A stretch of 64,000 nucleotides of DNA from Bugula neritina (lineage: Eukaryota > Animalia > Bryozoa). The stretch lies in contig OZ037770.1 of the NCBI GenBank assembly GCA_964035545.1, positions 5,218,729 to 5,282,728 of the forward strand. The letters are read 5' to 3'. Position numbers and translations under genes: made by a program. Under the pieces are notes generated by a model that saw nothing but the letters and a program-made list of their open reading frames with translations, had not been told where the DNA came from and ran no database searches. How positions within the stretch are numbered: position 1 is the stretch's first letter; each line of letters opens with the position of its first letter. Of this stretch, positions 12,101 to 21,100 are shown in pieces.

Positions 12101-15100
12101 CAGTTCGTTTAGCATATTTTTATCACATATTTCGTTTCTAGTTTTAGTATCTTTATTAAGCGCGTAACACACGTCGTGTCTCGTAGCTATAGCGTCGTCT
12201 CGATCTACCGGTTTACTCTCTTCTTTAGGAGTCATATCGTCATTAAGACGCTTATTTAATTTAGTACCGGGTCCTAAAAAATTATGACCGGGGTAATGCA
12301 ATTCAAAGGGTAAATTATTTATTAAATTATTCGCTAAACCCGACCCAACAAATGTAGTCTTTTTACATCCGCATTGACCGCAATTACCGTAACCCATTAG
12401 TCTATTATTTTTACTTACTCTCTTTTCGTAATTAAGAGTTTTAGTTTTAGTTTTACACTTACAACAATACATTTATTATAATAAATGGAAATAGAAAATC
12501 TTTCGTGGAAAAACGAAATTAATCGTAATAATAATCCTTTACTTCCTAAAAGCATAAGAGGTCTTATCGTTGGAAAGTCTAGATGCGGTAAAACTACGTT
12601 ACTTTGTAACTTGCTATTACAACCTAATTGGCTCGATTACGATAAACTTATGATTTACGGTAAAAGCCTTTCTCAACCCGAATATATAAATATGAAAAAA
12701 GCTTTCGAGCTCGGATTAACTAAAGAAGAAATTTTAAATTTTTTTAAAAATAGTGAAACGATAGTAAATTCGGGTATAAACGTAAATCGTTTTTTAAAAA
12801 ATTACGCTAAGGGTAATGGTAATATAAACGCTAAATTTATTGAATCTAGTGACGACGTTTATGACCCTAGCGAATTAGACGCTAGTAATAAAAATTTAAT
12901 AATATTCGATGATTTAATGTTGGAAAAACAAAAAACTTGCGAAAGTTATTACGTAAGAGGACGGCACAATAACGTCGATTGCTTTTATTTATCGCAAAAT
13001 TATTTTAAGCTACCTAGAAACACCATTCGAGAAAACGCTAATTTTATTTGCTTATTTCCTCAAGACGGAAAAAACTTAAATCATATATATCAAGATCACG
13101 TAACTGGAGATATAACATTAAACGAATTTAAAAACTTTTGTTATAAAGGATGGCAAAAACCTCACGGCTTTATTACTTTAGATCTTTCTTCCTCAAAAAA
13201 TAATGGAAGGTATAGACACGGGTTAGACGAATTTTATATACCATAATAAATAAGTGTTTATAAATTTTGGTAAATCATTAGCGGAAGAAAATTATATCGT
13301 AACTAAAAATAATAATGTTTTTATACAATCTTTTAGCACAACGATTAATATAGGAATGTTATTGGGATATATAGTGGAGACGCTTTATTAGAATTTCAAC
13401 ATCTTCCAGCTAATAATAATAATCCTTTATATTGGAAAGATAAAAACTTAACTTTAATTATCGGTGACCCTCTCGAACACAATACTAAAGAATATATAAT
13501 TCAAGGAGGCGTTGCGCGCGTAAAAATACCTATGTTGGAATATATTGAGAGCGATAAAAATATTGGCTTAGTATTACACTGCTCAAACAATTATACTAGT
13601 CGTAAACCCAATGACATTACGGTTAATGACAACGCACCTATAACTTTACCGTTTAACATTAAAACTTTATTACAATTATAAATGAGTGTTTATAAATTCG
13701 GAGTAAGCGGAAAAACGCAAATAGATACAAAAAAATTTGTTTTAATAAACGGTAGTAGTACTCTTACGGGTACGCTAGATATGGGGGGAAATAAAATATC
13801 TAGAGTCATTAATCCGGCTGATGATCAAGACGCGGCTACAAAAAAACACGTTGATGATACGAGTATGCCTAAAATACAAAACCCCATTAATCAGCTAACT
13901 ATATCAACTAATGACGGACGCGTTATAGATAGTGATTTAAAAGTTGATGATGTTATTACAAAAACTAATGTATCTAATTACCCCGTACCTCTTATACAAA
14001 ATCCCATTAACCAGTTAACTATATCAACTGACGCTGGACACGTTATAGATAGTAATTTAAAAATTAATGATGTCATTACAAAAAATAAAGTATCTAATTA
14101 TGCCGTACCTCTTATACAAAACCCAACTGAAAAATTAACCGTATCAACTAATACGGGTAATATTATTGATAGTAATTTAAGCGTTAGCGATGTTGTTACA
14201 ACTAGTAATATAAATAATTTAGCTATACCAAAAATACAACCCGCGAATGAAAAATTAACCGTTTCAACTACTTCGGGTAATGTTGCAGATAGTAGCTTAA
14301 GCGTTAGCGATATTATTACAACTAGTAATATAAGTAATTTTGCTATGAATAAAATACAACCGTCAATCGGAGGTAAATTATTAATGCTTTCGAGTGATGG
14401 TAATATTGTAGAAACCGGTATAAATATTACCGATATTATTACAATAAATAATATATCGGGTTACGCTATTCCTAAATTACAAAATGCAATTGGTAATAAA
14501 TTAGTAATATCAACGAGCGATGGTGATATAATAGAATCTACAGAATCTCAACCCACATTTCCAAGTTATAGCATTTAAACACTATTAGTATTAAATTATT
14601 ATATTCTTAGCGTATAACAATTTATTATTTTTACCAATAGTAAAATATAATATTATTTAAAAAAATAGTGAGGAAGTAAGCGTTGAAAAAACGACTTTTT
14701 TTATACGCTCTTATTTTTTAAAAAAAGTTAAAGAGAAGGAAAGTATTTAAAAAAAACCATTAAAAAAAATTTTAAAAAAGTCGTTTTTTAACACTCTTTT
14801 TTTAAAAAAAAGTTAATGAAAGGAAAAGTATATATATAAGTAGTAGAGATCGACCGGTCCTGGATTACTTTTACCCCCAGTGGAGACCCACAACTTAGTT
14901 GTGGGGAGCCACTGGGGGTAAAAGTGGTCCAGGACCGGTCGATCTCTACTACTTTTATATATCACTTTTAACATTCAATAATTGTTATTTTAAAGCTGAA
15001 TTTTAACACAGTAAATAATACATTAAGATGTTTATACTTTTTCTCTGCAAAACTACATATTAATCTCATCGTTTCTGGGAGTATTGTCAATTATAGCACA

Positions 15101-18100
15101 CTATCTATAGAAGTTTCCTTTACTTCCCAAGTTCTTTTATAGTATTTCTTTATCTTTTTGAATATTTCCCATGATAGGTTGACTGGGCTGTTTTTTCAGA
15201 ATTTGTTTTAATAACTTTTTTCATTATATTATAACTATAGCTACTTCTGTACACATAATTGGTATATAATATTTTATTCTAGTAACACAGTTTGCTATCA
15301 CTGTCTAATCGAATGCACAAGTGCTATATACAGTACAAAATATTATCCTGATACAGTGGATTACATATATTATGCACTTTATATTACAGTCTATGTCAGC
15401 TGACTCAGTTAGAGAAACTAGACATAAAAGGAAATCCTCTCAACACATTACCAGAAGTTGTGTCATCACTCTCATCACTTAAGGAGTTGAATATGGAAAA
15501 CTGTAAATTTTCTACTCTACCTGAGAGGTTTGTGGAACACAGTCTTTCTTGTTTCGAACACTCAATAATTCACATGTTTTTATAATGCTTACCAAGTATT
15601 GTTAATTAGTATGTCACTATGTATTGTTGAAAAGTATAAAGCTATAAATTAAAATTTTCTTGGGGCTATATGATATTAGAGTTTCTGAACACTTGAAAAT
15701 AAATATGTTTCAGTTATTTGGCATTACATTTCCCAATGCTATAAAACCTTCTTCAACAAATACCATAGCATCCACTTGTAGTTTACTAGAACCTATTTCA
15801 CGTTAAATGCTTATTAGCTTTCGGTATTTTACTTCGAATTTGCTTTGTTGCAATAAGTTTGTTTCTTGGATATTTTACCTGATTGAATATACAAGTATAG
15901 TATACACAGTATATAATAATATCCTGATACAGTACTGGATTACATATAATATGCACTTTATATTACAGTCTAGGTCAGCTGACTCAGTTAGAGAAACTAC
16001 ACATAGGGTCGAATCCTCTCAAAACAGTACCAGAAGTTGTGTCATCACTCACATTACTTGAAGAGTTGAATGTGGGGAGATGTGAATTATCTAATTTACC
16101 TGAGAGGTTTGTGTGTCACTCCAAATTTTATATCATTTTTAACATTCAATAATTATTATTTTATAGCAGAATTTCAACACAGTAAATACTACATTAAGAT
16201 GTTTATACTTATTCTCTGCAAACCTCCATATGAATCTTACTGTTTCAGAGGATATTGTCAATTAGTCCACTATCTAGAAGTTTTCTCGACATCACGAATT
16301 ATTTCAACTTTCCCAACTTCACAAATAAATTTATAGTATTCCAATATTTTTTTTGAAATGCTTCCCATGATAGGTTGACTAGGCTTTTCTTCAGACATCG
16401 TTTTATCAACTCTTTTCATTATATTATAATGATAGCTACTTCTGTACACATAATTGGTATATATTATATTATTATAGTAACACAGTTTCTTATTATTGTC
16501 TAATAAGTAAGAAAACTACTTTCTTATATTTATAATGACATTACATTGCAACATACTTGACTCAATCAATCGTATTGTGTAAAGCTCATTAGTAAAAAGT
16601 TACTTAGTACGTTATATAGTATGTTTGATTTAGGTAATTCAAGTTCTACTTTTAATTATTTTGAAATAAAAGATCTGGCTTTATATTGTAAACCAAAAAG
16701 GACAAAAAAAATTATTAAATATTGCAACTTTTTTTTTCATGCGCTCCTTTGGTTATCTATCTCTAATTCTGAGTGTAATAGAATTAGCCATTTTTTATCC
16801 TATCCCTGTTCTCAAACAGCCTGTTAATATATTGTTTCATAGTTAATTTACAATTCTAAATTACGAATTAACTGGCCTTTAAAAGTGCAACATGTTCCTG
16901 CAAGCCGATGACTTTCCAGAATTTTATTCTCACATATAAGTGAAATAATTCACAACTTCTATTTTTTGTCTAGAAACTGTAATACATTTATTAGAATAAT
17001 TAATGAGAGGTTGTGGCAGAAGTATTTTACTTTACTTGAAATTACTTTAATGGCTTGCGTAGATGTTTCAGAGCCGTACCGTGTTCCTATTTGATAATAA
17101 ATTGCATGTAATATGGCACATAAAACAATAAGCCTTATAATTATAACATCCATATAGTAGAATATCAGTGTGAGTAGTTACTCAGTGATCAGAAGTGTCT
17201 GAAGTGTTTTATTTTCACTTCACATTACTTTAATGCATTATGCAGATGCCAAAAAGCTGTAGCCTCCCGTGTTCCTATTTGCTGATAACTGTGTTATGGC
17301 ACATGCTAGCAATTTTCTACTTTGTGGTATAAAATATTATTCCTTCTAGTAGAATACCAGTGTGAACAGTTACTCAGTTATCTGCCATATAAAAAAAGAT
17401 GATAGTATTATATGTAGGTTGTTTTTTATGACAGTACTAAGTACAAATGTAGCACTTTTCTTACCAAATATAAACTTACAATTATACTGTTATATTATCT
17501 TTATAAAATACTTAAAATTTTATACATCGTATATAATATGATACATAATTGTAACTTAGACACACTTGTTTTCTTTCCTTAATTAATTTACTAATTCAAG
17601 GTATTGTATATAAACTTGTTATAGTAACTGCAACTTAGTACTATATTACGTGTAATTATTGTTATACTAATTTTGGGTATCTTTATGAAAAGTATTATAT
17701 CAATTACCTGTATAGTTAGGTTTAATAATAGAAAAAATTATATATTATTAGAATACAGAGATTAAAGAAATTACAGAAACTCAACATTTCAGACAACAAA
17801 TTCACCAGTCTCCCATCTCCAGTGTGTGCATTGAGTAATCTGCACATACTGAATATATCCTACAACAGATCCATGACATCCTTGAGCCCGGAGATACTAC
17901 AGCTAACACATCTTGGATCCTTCTATACAGATGGATGCAATGCTCTTACATCTCCTCCACTAGAAGTTTTTAAAAGAGGACTGGATGCTGTGCGTCAATA
18001 CTACACAGACTTGGCTAAAGGTGCTGGTAGAAATCTTCCATTTGCGACAATAGTCATGCTGGGGAACACCATGGCAGGAAAAACCAGTCTAATTCGAACC

Positions 18101-21100
18101 TTACAGAGCACTGACAAGAAGAGAGTTTTAACTGACAGAGGTCCTAATGCAGAGTATGATGAAACCACAAAAGTGTTTATGGTGGAAGAGGTGGAGGTAA
18201 ATGGTACAACTCTTCGTTTCATAGATATGGGAGGCCAGGAGGTCTACCATATCACATACCATTTAACACTGAGACAGAATTGTGTACCAGTAATTGTAGT
18301 CAACATGGAGCAGTATGATCAGATATCGAAAATGTCTACAGACAGAGAGGCTGTGAGAAAGTTGGCTTTTGACTTTATGTCTCACCTCTATCTCGCCCAT
18401 CCAACTCTTGGTCCGCCTACCCTTGTCTTCACACACAAAGATAAGTTTTCGACTGAAATTTTCCAACAGCTTCGAAAAAAGTTTCTTGAAGTGTCTGAGC
18501 AGTTTTGCAAAAATATTCTTCGAGAAGAGAAAAGTTTAGAAGGTGACTTTGCGCGAATTCAACATTTCACTGAATCAAACGGAAAAGTGTTCTTCAACGA
18601 CAACATTTATGAAGTTGGGAAATTTGACGAGTACAAGATATTTGAAAAAATCAAGAAATATCTTCTTAAAAGTTGCCAACACTTTGTCAAGTCACTTCCA
18701 AAAGTTTGGGAGGATGTCAACAACAACATTCTGTCCTTGCAGACTTCACATAACACCTTTGATGAATTGTTGGCTGTGATAAACGGAAAGCAAGATAACA
18801 TTGAAGCAAAGCAATTGGATCTGATTATCATGTACATGCATGATTGTGGCAAAGTTCTCTGGTATAAACATATTGATGCACTCAGGCCATACATATTTCA
18901 CAAGATCACGGAAATAACCAAGCTACTCTGTGTCTTGTATCATCATGATCCAGATATCTGGCAAAGTAGAGTGGATCAGTTCAAGCCATATTGCTGCAAA
19001 GAAGGAGTGAGGATAGAAAAACAAGATTTTGGAGAGTTTGTGAATTCTTTTAGAATCAACGGCTTGATGACAAAATCTCTTCTCGAATATTTGATCAGAA
19101 AAGAAACTTCGTTCACTGGTGATAATGATGTCAAAATTGCTGTTTGCTTGCTCAGAACATTCCGTTTGTTGTATGGCCCTTTGAATAATGATTCTGAAGA
19201 GTCTTACTTCATAATCCCTCAGTTTGCCAAAGAATCCTACAGCCTCTCTTACACTCCACCAAAGGAGCTGATGCTTCATACCGACACGCAGTTTAATGGT
19301 CTGGCCTTACCGCAGCATGTCTACCATCAGATGACGGTTGGTTTGCTGGAACTATTTGCTGATGATTCTGCCACAATACAGGTAAAGAAGAATGGAGCCA
19401 ATGTCTATCAAGATAGAATATACACACAGCTGATACATGACTATGAATCTAGGAGAGTTTTGCTCTACACATCATCTGATGCAAGTAATATCACCAAAGC
19501 ATGGCAAAAACTCATTTCAGTCAACAACAACATCCTCAGACATGTTATGGAAACTTGGACTGCTAGTCGCCCAGTCACTGCCTGCATCTGTGCTCACTGC
19601 CTACTGCTAGGTGTTCCATGCCCTAAAAAGTATTTTCATCCTAAATGGTGTTTCCGCTCCTTGAAAAAAAATTTACCTGTTGTCAAGAAGTGCAGCGGAT
19701 CTTCAACAATCTTGTGCAATAATGAGGAGATCCCAAGAGCTCTGATTTTCCCATGTATGTATCATTAGTAGTGTTTATTACTATGTTTTTATAAATCGAA
19801 ACCTTTGCTTACTACAAATTCCAAACAAAACCTGTTAATTTTTTTTTAAATTTGAAAATATTTAAACCAAAGCCATTATGTCCTGCGTAGATTAGTAACA
19901 TTCTCATAGTGGTTATTTCACAACTTATATCTTAGCTACCCAATATATAAATTGGTTCCAGTATACATAATATGTAAGCTAGTTATAGTACATGTAAACT
20001 GGTTACAGTATGCATCTTATGTAAGCTGGTTACAGTATATGTACGTTGGTTACAGTATACATAATATGTAAGCCCGTCATACTATATATGTAAGCTGCAC
20101 TGTGTTATTTAGGTGAGGCTTTGTCTGAGACAGAAACTGATGAAATGGTGAAGCTATTAACTCAACTTAAACTTTGTAGACAGCAGAATGATGCAACCAA
20201 AATTAGTATATCTTTATCATACTTACTTTATCAACCTTCACTGTTATTAGCAAATTCAGATATCTCAATACATGCAGCACTTTGTTTACTCTGACTAGAA
20301 GCAAATGTAAAAAAACTGATTTTTTTTGGTCAAGCGATCAGAAAAATGGTAACTTTGCAATTTTTCTAATTTTCAAATCCTGGTATTAGCCAATCAAATC
20401 ATGTGACTGCAGATGATGATGGTGATCTGAGTGATCTCTCTGAAGATGATGACAATCTGTATCCTGATGAAGAGAACGAAGAAAACGTGAAGTTTATCCA
20501 ACCCAACCTAAAGACTACCAGAAACCTGAGGATTAAGAATCTTTTCTCAAATGCTAAACAGGTTGGTGTCCCAGATTAGGGTCATAATTCCTGCCATTAA
20601 AGCATATGTTCACCTTATTCATTAGATTCATATGTTCATATCGTATAACCTATTCTTAGGCAGAACATTATAAACACATGCACCTGTAGGAAAATGACAC
20701 TATTTACTATTAGCTCTATTATTAGGCCATGTCTGCCTCAAACATGTTTAACTAGACGTACAAATATGTTAACTATTACTATCATTCATTACAGTGTTTA
20801 GTATGCTATTCTAAGTCTATTTGTATCCAGGTGTTCAGTATGACCAGAAAGAGGGGAAAAGCTCTGATAATAAACAACAAGAACTTTGTTGAAAGACCAG
20901 ACTTATGCAGGGAAGGTTCAGATGCTGATGTTGAGAATATGGCTGTCATGTTGAGATTTCTCAAGTTTGATGTTGAGACACACACAGACCTGACAGCAGA
21001 GGTATGATATTATTGTTAGACTGAAAGCAACAGTATTCAAGCGTAGTAGCCTATAGCCTTCAGTTTATTGAAATGAAACTTGACACTTGTTTTGTCAAAC

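Larger units (their letters stand above)
764..14953. mobile_element. Polinton/Maverick (adintovirus-like) element, full length (14,190 bp), partly decayed
   Basis: 6-bp TSD TTTATA at 758-763 and 14954-14959; termini ACTAGTAG (AGTAGT with one change) and CTACTACT; ~380-bp TIRs; pPolB, integrase, ATPase, protease, MCP and mCP ORFs. Confidence 0.97.

Noticed and set aside
17040-17380. Short diverged tandem duplication in the intron before the Roc exon, considered as a cryptic LRR exon
   Set aside because: No LRR pattern or matching splice context
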